The notes under the pieces: generated by a model
The model's database searches: none
The model's input: the letters and a program-made list of their open reading frames with translations, nothing else
Told to the model about the DNA's origin: nothing
Origin: Candidatus Bathyarchaeia archaeon
GTDB taxonomy: Archaea > Thermoproteota > CALKCG01 > B24
NCBI GenBank assembly: GCA_038870975.1
Contig: JAVZJD010000002.1
Location: forward strand, 463,626-527,625
Direction of reading: 5' to 3'
Length of the DNA stretch: 64,000 nucleotides
Shown here: piece after piece, positions 19,081 to 27,812 of the stretch
Position numbering within the stretch: position 1 is the first letter of the stretch
Layout of the letters: each line of letters starts with the position of its first letter
Program-made: the position numbers and the translations under genes

Positions 19081-20952
19081 TCATTTTATTATACCAGTTT
19101 TCCTCAGTTTGACTTCAACGCTTTCTAATCCAAGTTTTCGCAGAGCCTCCGGTTTGGGAATGCCGTTTTCATCCCAACAAACTAGCCTATAATATTCTTG
19201 TCTATCCTTTTCAAACCTGTTTCTATCAACGGTTTTACCTTCGTAAGGACCCGAAGGTAGCGGTTCCCAGAATCTAGGTGGATTATCATCATCGACTTTT
19301 GGCTTCCAATAAATATCTGGTCCACCTAAGAGAAGCATAGCCCTCTGTATCTGCAGTATTCTAAGAGCCTTTTCCCCATACCATTCCTCCTTTGTAATGC
19401 TCCACCCCGTTACAGCCTTATGAAACCGTAATATTTCCACGTCCTCAATGCCGAACGTTGTAAAGATGCAACATATTGCAGAGTCAGATAATACTGCAGA
19501 GGCTTCTCCACTACCATATTCCTCAACGGAAGCTAGGGAGGTATGATCACCTGCTTGAACCGAGCAAGCATAGGATATGCTCTCTGCAAAGTCTCTACCA
19601 CTTCTGACACCATGTGCACCTATTGCTATACCTTTCTCATGGACAACGTACTGAAGCAGGTTTACACCTTTAATTTCACTAAGCTTCAAAGCGGCTCTGT
19701 ATACTCCCTCAGCTAAGGTATCACCTATTCCCTGTCTATATGCCACTTTTTCAGCTAAGGCGATAAAAGCATCGGTATTTCCCCATTTAAGTTCAAGCCC
19801 ATCCAACTCTTCTTCCGTTAATATCCCCCTCTGGTAAAGCTCCGCTGCAAATCCTAGAACCGCACCACCCTGTATTCCGCAGAGACCTAACTCGTTGTTA
19901 ATGTACGATATGTAGATGTTTTCCTCCGGTTTGAATATCCCCAGATTTGCGCCTAGATAAGCTTCAAATTCATAATCTGGATTATCACATACTGTTCCTT
20001 TAAACCTTCCAGCTCTAATCGTGGCGAGTTTTAAACATGAAACTGGACAGCCGAAGTCTCCCCAATACTTTTTAACCCAGTATTTATCGAATTCCTCTCC
20101 TTTGAAACTTTCCATGTTATGCCATTCTTCCTGCCAGTTTCTAATAGGTTCTGAACTGGTTTCAGCTCCAAAGTGGTATCCTCCTTTTCCCGTCCCCCAG
20201 CGTCTGAAATCTTCCATCTCAAAATTCCTTCTCGAGAACTCGTTAAACAGACGGAGCATTTCATCTCTATCATAAACTTCAGGTAATGGGCCAAACCCCT
20301 TTACCACTATTGCCTTTAAGTTTTTAGAACCCATCACTCCACCGTATCCACCATACCCAGCTCCATGTGCATATTTAGCCACTACGGCTGCAACCCTTGT
20401 TTTATTCTCACCTGCAGGTCCAATATATAGGATTGATGGGTCTTTTACTTCCCCATAATTCGACCTAAGCGTTTTAATTTCTTCAACCGATTTTTTAACT
20501 AGAAACTTTACGGTTTCCCTAGCTTTTCTACCCCATATAGGGGTAGCATCTTTAATATCGATTTGATTATCACATATGAAAATATAGCTTGGTCTTTCAG
20601 CTCTTCCAGTTATTATTAAACCATCATATCCAGCACACTTTAAATCCACACCGAACTCACCAGCAATGGTAGATCCTACCATTCCATTGCTTTGCGGAGA
20701 CTTCCCTGAAACGCAAACCTTTGTTCCAGGTATGAAGCCTGTCAATGGCCCTGTAAGCACCAGCAGGATATTTTCCTCCGCAAATGGATCGACAGATTCC
20801 CATTTTTCACCCAGCCTATCCCAAAGTATTTTTGCCGCTAGACCTCTCCCACCAATGTAATCACGTAAAACCTCATCTGGGAAACTGGTTTCTTTAATAT
20901 TTCCACTTGAGAGGTCTATCTCCAAAAATTTTCCAGCATATCCTCTTATCAA
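19081..20952 (-). CDS. aor: aldehyde:ferredoxin oxidoreductase family (tungsten/pterin-dependent)
   Basis: 623 aa; N-terminal AGKFLEIDLSSG...RDYIGGRGLAAKILWD typical of the AOR family. Confidence 0.85.
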   Translation of the reverse strand: MIRGYAGKFLEIDLSSGNIKETSFPDEVLRDYIGGRGLAAKILWDRLGEKWESVDPFAEENILLVLTGPLTGFIPGTKVCVSGKSPQSNGMVGSTIAGEFGVDLKCAGYDGLIITGRAERPSYIFICDNQIDIKDATPIWGRKARETVKFLVKKSVEEIKTLRSNYGEVKDPSILYIGPAGENKTRVAAVVAKYAHGAGYGGYGGVMGSKNLKAIVVKGFGPLPEVYDRDEMLRLFNEFSRRNFEMEDFRRWGTGKGGYHFGAETSSEPIRNWQEEWHNMESFKGEEFDKYWVKKYWGDFGCPVSCLKLATIRAGRFKGTVCDNPDYEFEAYLGANLGIFKPEENIYISYINNELGLCGIQGGAVLGFAAELYQRGILTEEELDGLELKWGNTDAFIALAEKVAYRQGIGDTLAEGVYRAALKLSEIKGVNLLQYVVHEKGIAIGAHGVRSGRDFAESISYACSVQAGDHTSLASVEEYGSGEASAVLSDSAICCIFTTFGIEDVEILRFHKAVTGWSITKEEWYGEKALRILQIQRAMLLLGGPDIYWKPKVDDDNPPRFWEPLPSGPYEGKTVDRNRFEKDRQEYYRLVCWDENGIPKPEALRKLGLESVEVKLRKTGIIK

Positions 20953-21494
20953 CCTAGAGCCTCCTTAGTTGTTTCCTCACCTAAAAGCTTCTTCGCTACT
21001 TCAATAGTCAATATTTGCGGAGAACACGCAAAACTTTTGTAGGAAACGTCTTCAGCTCTAGATACGATTTTTAACGCATTCCACTTACCTTCTTGACAAG
21101 CTTCAACGCATTTAGGATTTCCATCGCATAAATCGCATATGACAATGTGATTCTTCTCTGGATGCATATGTGGGACGCTCCCCGGACAGACGCTTATACA
21201 TAAACCACATGCAGAACACTTTGAGACATCAACGTTTACAGCTCCTGTTCTACTATTCACAGATAAAGCTTTAGATGGACAAGCACTAACGCATGGGTAG
21301 TCCTCACATTGAAAACAAAAATGCGGAATTTCAACACCTGGGATAAACATGAAAATCCTCACTCTTGAAGCTTCAGGCCAAATTCTCCCCTCATGATGCA
21401 ACGAACATACTATTTCACATCTTCTGCAACCACTACAATTCTCGTAACTCCGTTCAATCCAGATTTTTCCACCAGAATCCATTGACAACATCAC
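20949..21494 (-). CDS. polyferredoxin-like 4Fe-4S protein, co-transcribed with AOR
   Basis: 181 aa with several CxxCxxCxxxCP motifs; 4-nt overlap with the aor start. Confidence 0.7.
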   Translation of the reverse strand: MMLSMDSGGKIWIERSYENCSGCRRCEIVCSLHHEGRIWPEASRVRIFMFIPGVEIPHFCFQCEDYPCVSACPSKALSVNSRTGAVNVDVSKCSACGLCISVCPGSVPHMHPEKNHIVICDLCDGNPKCVEACQEGKWNALKIVSRAEDVSYKSFACSPQILTIEVAKKLLGEETTKEALG

Positions 21495-21565
21495 CTACAA
21501 TTTGACTTCAAACGCAGATAGCACTTCATTCAGAAAGCTTATATGCTTTAAACTCTTAAATCTAG

Positions 21566-22021
21566 TTGAGCCATCGCAAGTTTTTTAATTTAACGACTGC
21601 AGTAGTTTATACAGGTGATTATGTGCATAGTAAAGGTGATGAGAAGATAGAAAATAAGCGGAAGCATTTCCTATTTCCAGTATTCATGTTCATAGGTATG
21701 GGTGTAGGCTTCCTACTGATTGAAAGCATAGGCGGATTAGGATTCGTCTCAGCAATGTTTATCGGCATGGGCTTGGGTTTTCTTTTCGACAATCTTATAG
21801 TGATTGAAGAGAGGAAAATAAGCGTAGAAGTTCCTGTGAAGATAGGTGGCATAGCTACTTCTATAATAGGTGTCCTGTTCATAATCGGAGGAACTGTCGC
21901 TCTCATAGCACCCGAACTGCTTGAGAAACTTGCAACATACTTCATAGGATTAGGGTTCATAGTAGTTGGAATCTTCATACTAATCTATGGACTTGGTCTA
22001 GTTAAAAGCAAACCTAGCTAA
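21566..22021 (+). CDS. hypothetical membrane protein
   Basis: Glycine-rich hydrophobic segments (FIGMGVGFLLI, FIGMGLGFLF, IGLGFIVVGIFILIYGLGL); start codon uncertain. Confidence 0.35.
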   Translation: MSHRKFFNLTTAVVYTGDYVHSKGDEKIENKRKHFLFPVFMFIGMGVGFLLIESIGGLGFVSAMFIGMGLGFLFDNLIVIEERKISVEVPVKIGGIATSIIGVLFIIGGTVALIAPELLEKLATYFIGLGFIVVGIFILIYGLGLVKSKPS

Positions 22022-22495
22022 ACTATTAAAGCTACGATTAGTTAAGCTCTTTAATGGGATTTGGGTTCAAAGCGCTGATTCTAACATATAAATCATACGT
22101 AACCATTGTAACCCTTAATCCATTGTTTAATGGACCATTTAAGCTATTGGAGAAGCGCAGATAATTTAACTATTTTGAAGCTTTTTTGCTTATGGAGATT
22201 TCATAACCTATGCCTATTAGTTTAAGTGGAGCATTTACTGGAAGATTCCTAAATACCTAATTGCAGGTAAAAAGTAAGTTTGATCTAGTAGTAATTTCAA
22301 GGCTCAATCTTCCTCGAGAGGTCTTTCTCTAAATGTATAGAATTCCTCCAATGTTATTTCTATCGATGGAGACTCTTCTAAGACCCCCTCCAGACTTAGT
22401 ATCGGTTCAACCAGAAGCTTGCCATCCTCAATTCTATAGAAGAGCTCTGTCTACTATTTATATCTAGGTCGCAACTATTTTCATTCTGATGGTAG

Positions 22496-23620
22496 ATGAG
22501 CCATAGGGAGCGTTTCTTTAAAGCTTTAGAGTTAGAAGAGCCGGACTCAGTCCCTATAACTGATCTTGCTTTAGACCCCCCAATTGTAGACGCCGTTTTA
22601 AAACGTAAAATTTCCGGTACGGTTTTAACGATGGCTGGTGGAAGCGATAGCTGGGAGAATTCGCTAAACTATAGACTTGCACTTGTAGAAGCGTGTGAAA
22701 AACTAGATTTCGACGCTGTACCAGCTTTATCAGACTACTCTCTTACGACGAGAGATTACAGGCCTAAGTATTTGGACGGTAAGAAATACATTGACCACTG
22801 GGGTAGGATTATGCAGACGAGTATAGGGGCTAAAACAACGTATTTCATAGGAGGAGTCGTCAACACCCCCGAAGACTTGGAATTCTATGAACCCCCAGAC
22901 CCATTCCATCCCGATGTCGTTGAAATGGTTGATAGAATTATGAAGAGGGTTAAAAATAGGGACATAGCTGCAATAGCTCAATGCCACAGCGGATGGCATA
23001 TGGCTTTTCAAGTAAGAGGAGGAATAGATAAGATCTCGATCGACCTATACCGTAATCCTTACTTTGTGAGGAAGCTCATGGAAAAGATCGCAGGAGCCTG
23101 CCGTGGCTTCGCTAAATTGATGGCTGAGGCTGGAATAGATGCTCTTTTCGTAACAGACGACTATGCTGATAGTAGAGGTCCTCTAATAAATCCTAAATTG
23201 TTCAGAGAATATGAGCTACCCAATTTAAGAGAGGTTGTAAATATTGGGAAGCGTTATGGAATACCTGTGCTAAAGCACTCTGATGGGAACCTTTACCCGA
23301 TATTAGAAGATATCATCGATACAGGGATATGCGCTCTACATCCGATGGAGCCCGGCGTGATGGATTTGAAGTACATCAAGGAAAGATATGGCTCTAGAAT
23401 ATGTCTAATTGGAAACGTCGACTGTAAATACGTACTAACCTTTGGAAGTGAGGAAGACGTGAGAAGAGATGTTAGAAGGTGTATAGAGTCGGCGGCTCAA
23501 GGTGGAGGATTCATTCTAGCATCGAGCAATTCGCTACATGCCAATGTTAGAGTGGAAAACATCTACGTAATGATTGATGAAGCTAGAAGATATGGGAAAT
23601 ATCCTTTAAAATCAAAGTGA
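22496..23620 (+). CDS. uroporphyrinogen-decarboxylase (URO-D) family protein, MtaA/CmuA-like methyltransferase candidate
   Basis: 374 aa; N-terminal RERFFKALELEEPDSVPI and C-terminal ICLIGNVD...GGGFILASSNS pattern of the URO-D superfamily. Confidence 0.6.
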   Translation: MSHRERFFKALELEEPDSVPITDLALDPPIVDAVLKRKISGTVLTMAGGSDSWENSLNYRLALVEACEKLDFDAVPALSDYSLTTRDYRPKYLDGKKYIDHWGRIMQTSIGAKTTYFIGGVVNTPEDLEFYEPPDPFHPDVVEMVDRIMKRVKNRDIAAIAQCHSGWHMAFQVRGGIDKISIDLYRNPYFVRKLMEKIAGACRGFAKLMAEAGIDALFVTDDYADSRGPLINPKLFREYELPNLREVVNIGKRYGIPVLKHSDGNLYPILEDIIDTGICALHPMEPGVMDLKYIKERYGSRICLIGNVDCKYVLTFGSEEDVRRDVRRCIESAAQGGGFILASSNSLHANVRVENIYVMIDEARRYGKYPLKSK

Positions 23621-23684
23621 CTCCTTACACATCTTCTAGTTTGAAATGGAAAGCGATATTAAGATGAACTCGTAAAGTTCTAAA

Positions 23685-24164
23685 TTGGGCCAAATGGATT
23701 CACTACACTCTTATGTAATTTTTCTTCCAGCTGAAGAGAAAGATAGAATATTAAGCGCCATCTTCGGTTCAAAGGCTTCCCTCGATATTTTAAGATTCTC
23801 CCTTAAACATGGGATTTCGAATAAAATCTATCAGAAGGATCTTGTAAAGAGGCTTCAATATTCGAATAAAACGATTATTGAAAATTTAAAGGTTTTAACT
23901 AAGCTTGGAGTTTTAACAGAATCTATGGAGAAGAATGAGTCGGAAGGACGAACAGTATGGGTTAAAGTCTACAAACTATCGGATGTTGGGAAGTGGTTTG
24001 CACTCCTTCTGGCAGAGGAGGAGGATTTAACAGACTTGGAGAAGGCGGAAATACTTCAAAACATTTTTAGAAGCTACGTTAGATGGGTTAAAAGCCTTTC
24101 AGAGAAACTTCGAGTAAGTAAAGATGTGCTTAAACAGATTTTCAGCGAGGAAATGGAGGACTAG
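23685..24164 (+). CDS. predicted winged-helix DNA-binding protein
   Basis: 159 aa; helix-turn-helix-like segment YQKDLVKRLQYSNKTIIENLKVLTKLGVL; weak. Confidence 0.3.
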   Translation: MGQMDSLHSYVIFLPAEEKDRILSAIFGSKASLDILRFSLKHGISNKIYQKDLVKRLQYSNKTIIENLKVLTKLGVLTESMEKNESEGRTVWVKVYKLSDVGKWFALLLAEEEDLTDLEKAEILQNIFRSYVRWVKSLSEKLRVSKDVLKQIFSEEMED

Positions 24165-24207
24165 ATAAAGCTAACTATTCCTACGTTTAAACTTTTCAAC
24201 CCCTATC

Positions 24208-24615
24208 CTAGATGGCGAATGTAATGGTTTTTAACTGCTTTACCCCTTTTCTACCTGCAATTTCATCAATCAGCTTTTTAATACGTGAAGATTCACCTTT
24301 AACCGATATTATCAGCATACAGTTTCTCTCATCGACGTGGATATGTAAAGCCGATATTATAAGCTCCCTGTAGGAGTGTTGAATATCAGTCAAAGACTCC
24401 TCCAAAGCCCTAGTCTCATGATCGTAGAAGATATTCAAAGTTCCAAAGATGAGCTCGCCTTCCCTATGCTTCCAAGCGTGTTCATTCATAAACATACGCA
24501 TAGCCTCTTGAACCGCCCTAGACCTGTTGTAATTTAAATCTTTAATGAATCTATCAAAGGCGGTTAATAACTCACGTGAAACTGAGACACTGAATCTCAC
24601 AACACCTTCATTCAT
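24208..24615 (-). CDS. nikR: NikR-family nickel-responsive regulator (RHH + metal-binding domain)
   Basis: 135 aa; N-terminal ribbon-helix-helix VVRFSVSVSRELL...YNRSRAVQEAMR and C-terminal HIHVDERNCMLIISVKG (HxH-x5-C nickel-site pattern). Confidence 0.65.
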   Translation of the reverse strand: MNEGVVRFSVSVSRELLTAFDRFIKDLNYNRSRAVQEAMRMFMNEHAWKHREGELIFGTLNIFYDHETRALEESLTDIQHSYRELIISALHIHVDERNCMLIISVKGESSRIKKLIDEIAGRKGVKQLKTITFAI

Positions 24616-24755
24616 AAAGACTCCACATTAATGCTCAACGTTAATCCTCATAAAATTTATCACATGTCTTCTTCACCTAGAAGAACCCCAATGGAATAAC
24701 TTCACACTTCTCTGAGTATAGGTAGATACGAGACACTGCGAACTTCAACTTTTAT

Positions 24756-25181
24756 TTACATAGGAAAGAGTTTAGCTAAAGAGGACTCATTAGAATTAAA
24801 CCGCCAACCATTTAATTCTTCAAGAAGAGTTACTCTGGTTATATTTCCACAACTCCTTTTCATTTGACGGCCAGCTGTGACTAATTGCACGTTCAATTTC
24901 TTTGCGAGGTATACGTAAGTTGAATCGTACACAGTCAATTTTGCCGTAGCAACTATGCTTAAGATCTCAACTGAATCCTCCCATTCAATAGATTTAATAC
25001 TAAAGCCTATATATTTCAATGCTTCCAGCGCCTCCATACCATCGGAAAGCTTTAAAATACCTCTAGAAAACGCTCTCAGAATAACTTGTTCTTCCTAAGG
25101 GTCTCCTGGAATGATCCATTTAGCCACTACACTAGCATCTATAACTATTCTAAGCTTTTCTCTCTGTCCTCCCTTATCCAC
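24756..25181 (-). pseudogene. VapC-like PIN-domain gene interrupted by an in-frame TAG (25095-25097) and with Gly at the last catalytic Asp position
   Basis: Same frame reads ...KLRIVIDASVVAKWIIPGDP-TAG-EEQVILRAFSRG...MEALEAL...LTVYDSTYVYLAKKLNVQLVTAGRQ; only the post-TAG part appears in the ORF track. Confidence 0.5.
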
Positions 25182-25390
25182 TTTACAATCTCCTTCGTAG
25201 ATACTTCACCAGATCTCCTACGAATCTCATCCAATTTTTCAGCAACCTCCTTAGCAATCTCCTCTCTAATCTTCGCTTCAATGATCCGCCTAAGATATTC
25301 ACTCTAATTCACGTTAACTCTTTTTATTAATCTCCTTACCTCTTCAGGGACTTTGACAGATACATTAACAAGCCTACTCAAAAGGCTCAC
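25145..25390 (-). pseudogene. VapB-like antitoxin gene interrupted by an in-frame TAG (25304-25306)
   Basis: Frame reads (GTG)SLLSRLVNVSVKVPEEVRRLIKRVNVN-TAG-SEYLRRIIEAKIREEIAKEVAEKLDEIRRRSGEVSTKEIVKWIREDREKSLE; 3' end overlaps the vapC-like start. Confidence 0.4.
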
Positions 25391-25479
25391 CAAATGGTAA
25401 TCTCAATAGAGGTTACTATCTTAAAATTACTAAAGAGGGGGGAAAACGCAGAATTATATCAGTAGTTACAAATTTGACT

Positions 25480-26550
25480 TTAAAAAGCTTCCAGGCCAGA
25501 CCATGGAAATGGAATTGGAAAGACTTTCTTCAGTATCTTAGTCAGCTCTCCATTTTCAGGTATTTTAAGAGGTTCTTCAACAGAGCCGAAGACTAAGCGC
25601 ACTATCATTCTACTATCAAATTGAAAACGTTGACTTTGAAACTCTACCGTGAAAACGTTACTCTCCTGTCTGAAATTTAAAAGCTTCAGATTTCTAAATC
25701 CTAAATGTGCTTCAAAGTAAGGTTGCAGTCTCTCACAGAGCCTTTGAAAATCCACCATTTTAATCGTATGTCCAGGAAGGTCTTCAACCTCCGATTTAAG
25801 CCCCATCTTATCAAGCAGATATTTGAATTCTAAATCGAAGGGTGAAACCCATACTAGAAGCTTTTCAATCCCATATTTCTGGAAAATCCATGGTATTGCT
25901 TCAACTATAGCACTTCTAGACCCCGCGTATTCACATATAGCTACTGTTTTCCCTTTCGAATATTTTTGAGCAGACGGTTGAACAACTATATAGGCCAAAT
26001 TCTGAGATTTACAACGTAACATGTATGTGTTGGGTTTCACGTAGAACCAGCCTGGCCAAAGAGGCCACCAATGCCTCTTATCCATATCGTTTTCAAAGTG
26101 TTCAATTGTTCTAAAATATCGGACTGGCTCCATCTGGTAAATCTCAACCAAATCCGATAGGTCTCCATCACAATATTCTCTAGGCTCTACCATCCCTATC
26201 GGGAAATTTTCAACGTCCGCTTTAGATATTTTAAACAAGTAGTATGGTGCTGCGGCGACGCAGTTAAGCCGTCTGTAAAGTCCACGGTCTCCAGATACTA
26301 AGAGAATATCACCTCCATCTTCCCAAGTCAGTTTAATCGCAGATTCAAGAAGCCTAGTAGCATACCCCCTCCCCCTATATTCTTCCTTAGTCCACACACC
26401 TCCTATGCATCCAACTCTAAACTTGCAACCATAGACATATACGTCTCTCTTCCATAAGCCAACCCTAGAAACAGTTTGACCAGATTCTAAGTCTAAAGTA
26501 AGCCAAATGACCTCCCCATGTCTCCTAATTTTCTCCACGATATTTTCCAA
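25480..26550 (-). CDS. GNAT-family N-acetyltransferase (two-domain, Eis-like architecture)
   Basis: 356 aa; acetyl-CoA motif GVWTKEEYRGRGYATRLLESAI. Confidence 0.6.
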   Translation of the reverse strand: MENIVEKIRRHGEVIWLTLDLESGQTVSRVGLWKRDVYVYGCKFRVGCIGGVWTKEEYRGRGYATRLLESAIKLTWEDGGDILLVSGDRGLYRRLNCVAAAPYYLFKISKADVENFPIGMVEPREYCDGDLSDLVEIYQMEPVRYFRTIEHFENDMDKRHWWPLWPGWFYVKPNTYMLRCKSQNLAYIVVQPSAQKYSKGKTVAICEYAGSRSAIVEAIPWIFQKYGIEKLLVWVSPFDLEFKYLLDKMGLKSEVEDLPGHTIKMVDFQRLCERLQPYFEAHLGFRNLKLLNFRQESNVFTVEFQSQRFQFDSRMIVRLVFGSVEEPLKIPENGELTKILKKVFPIPFPWSGLEAF

Positions 26551-26710
26551 TATTTAAACCTCCAAGGAGATAACTACGTTGACCCTCTCAAAAATTTAAG
26601 TTTTCCCCGAAGGTTCAACGAGCTCCGACCGTTAGAAGCTTCTCATAGTAAAATCGATTTCCCATAAACTACCTAAAAGGTGAAGGTGATCAGTAATGGA
26701 GATATCTCCA

Positions 26711-27727
26711 TTAAACCATTATTGGATTCAACCAGGCTTTTCTGCCTTTTGAATCGGTTAACTCAACTCTGAAGTACTTCTTTAAACTGTATTTTTCAAG
26801 CTTTAAAGCGGTTAAACCGCCTTTAGTCTTCTCTAAGGCTAATTTAAAGTTGCCTACGTTTAAATACGCACTTTCAACACCGTTTTCAATGTTGAATTCG
26901 ACTTCGAAGCCTTCCATTGTTCTCTTACCCTCACTCGTGGAGAAAATCTTCCTGAAGTATTCATAAGTTTCTAGCGATATGGATAAGCCTACGCCGTTCT
27001 CAGAGACTACATCTATCCTATTTACGGGTGTGAACCTTGCTTCAATTACGCCAGGTTTGTAGGAGAACTCTTCAACTATAGGTCCCATTGAAGAGTAGAA
27101 TAACCCTCTCTCCAAACTGTGGAGTATACTCTCAGCAGAGGGGGAGTCGGTTTTAACGTGAATCCAACCACCGAGAGCATCTATGGGAGGTGTTAAATAC
27201 CGATGGGCATCATCAACGGCTAAACCGTATATAGGCTTACCAGTCACTAAGACGCCATCCCAATGAACCATTGAAAAACCCTTAGCGCATTCAACATCAC
27301 AGCCAGTATTATAGACTTCAATACCTAAGTAATTCTTCAGAGTTATTAGATCTTCCACTGTTAGGCTTGACCAGTAGGGGTGAGCTATGAAGGCTAAGCC
27401 GTCGCTTTCAAGCGTAAAATCCAGAAGCTCCCCTATAGAGTTTCTAAGCTTCTGAACATACTCTACGTCTTCAACGTTGAGAAGTACCACATGATAGTCG
27501 TAGTTTAAACGTGTACCTTTAACGCTCGTCTCAAAGCCAGGTATTGTCACAAGTTTATTCGTTGAAAACTTAGTCAACTTCTCATGGTCTGTTATAGATA
27601 GAAGACCATAGCCGTTTGCATAGTATAAATCCGCCACCTGCTCAGCCGTAAGCCTTCCATCAGAATTCGTTGAATGCGTATGCAAGTTACCTTTAACCCA
27701 CAATCCACTCCTGATGGAGAAGCCCAT
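26711..27727 (-). CDS. PHP-domain metal-dependent phosphoesterase-like protein
   Basis: 338 aa; N-terminal GNLHTHSTNSDG...ITDHE (PHP His/Asp motifs). Confidence 0.6.
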   Translation of the reverse strand: MGFSIRSGLWVKGNLHTHSTNSDGRLTAEQVADLYYANGYGLLSITDHEKLTKFSTNKLVTIPGFETSVKGTRLNYDYHVVLLNVEDVEYVQKLRNSIGELLDFTLESDGLAFIAHPYWSSLTVEDLITLKNYLGIEVYNTGCDVECAKGFSMVHWDGVLVTGKPIYGLAVDDAHRYLTPPIDALGGWIHVKTDSPSAESILHSLERGLFYSSMGPIVEEFSYKPGVIEARFTPVNRIDVVSENGVGLSISLETYEYFRKIFSTSEGKRTMEGFEVEFNIENGVESAYLNVGNFKLALEKTKGGLTALKLEKYSLKKYFRVELTDSKGRKAWLNPIMV

Positions 27728-27812
27728 GAGAACCTCTAACTACATTAGAAGGCGAATATTTAACGATATCTGTATTGAAGCTTTTGCAAAAACGGGGAAA
27801 AATGCAAAATGA

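Noticed and set aside
21619-21978. 119-aa minus-strand ORF antisense to the membrane protein gene, and the many similar 60-130-aa ORFs in the track (for example 415-624, 3214-3480, 13798-14064, 35352-35900, 39459-39860, 40950-41270, 43385-43594)
   Set aside because: Each is embedded antisense or out of frame in a longer, motif-supported gene and shows skewed composition; treated as shadow ORFs
22296-22440. Minus-strand 47-codon open frame (TELFYRIEDGKLLVEPILSLEGVLEESPSIEITLEEFYTFRERPLEED) in the 474-bp gap upstream of the URO-D gene
   Set aside because: No start codon and no recognisable motif; possibly a gene remnant but unsupported
24756-25390. Pyrrolysine or genome-wide UAG reassignment as the explanation for the two in-frame TAGs in the VapBC-like pair
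   Set aside because: TAG is the stop codon of several conserved genes in this window (Cas3 HD, SUI1, S15, RNR) and no pyl gene is seen; kept only as a low-probability alternative within the finding
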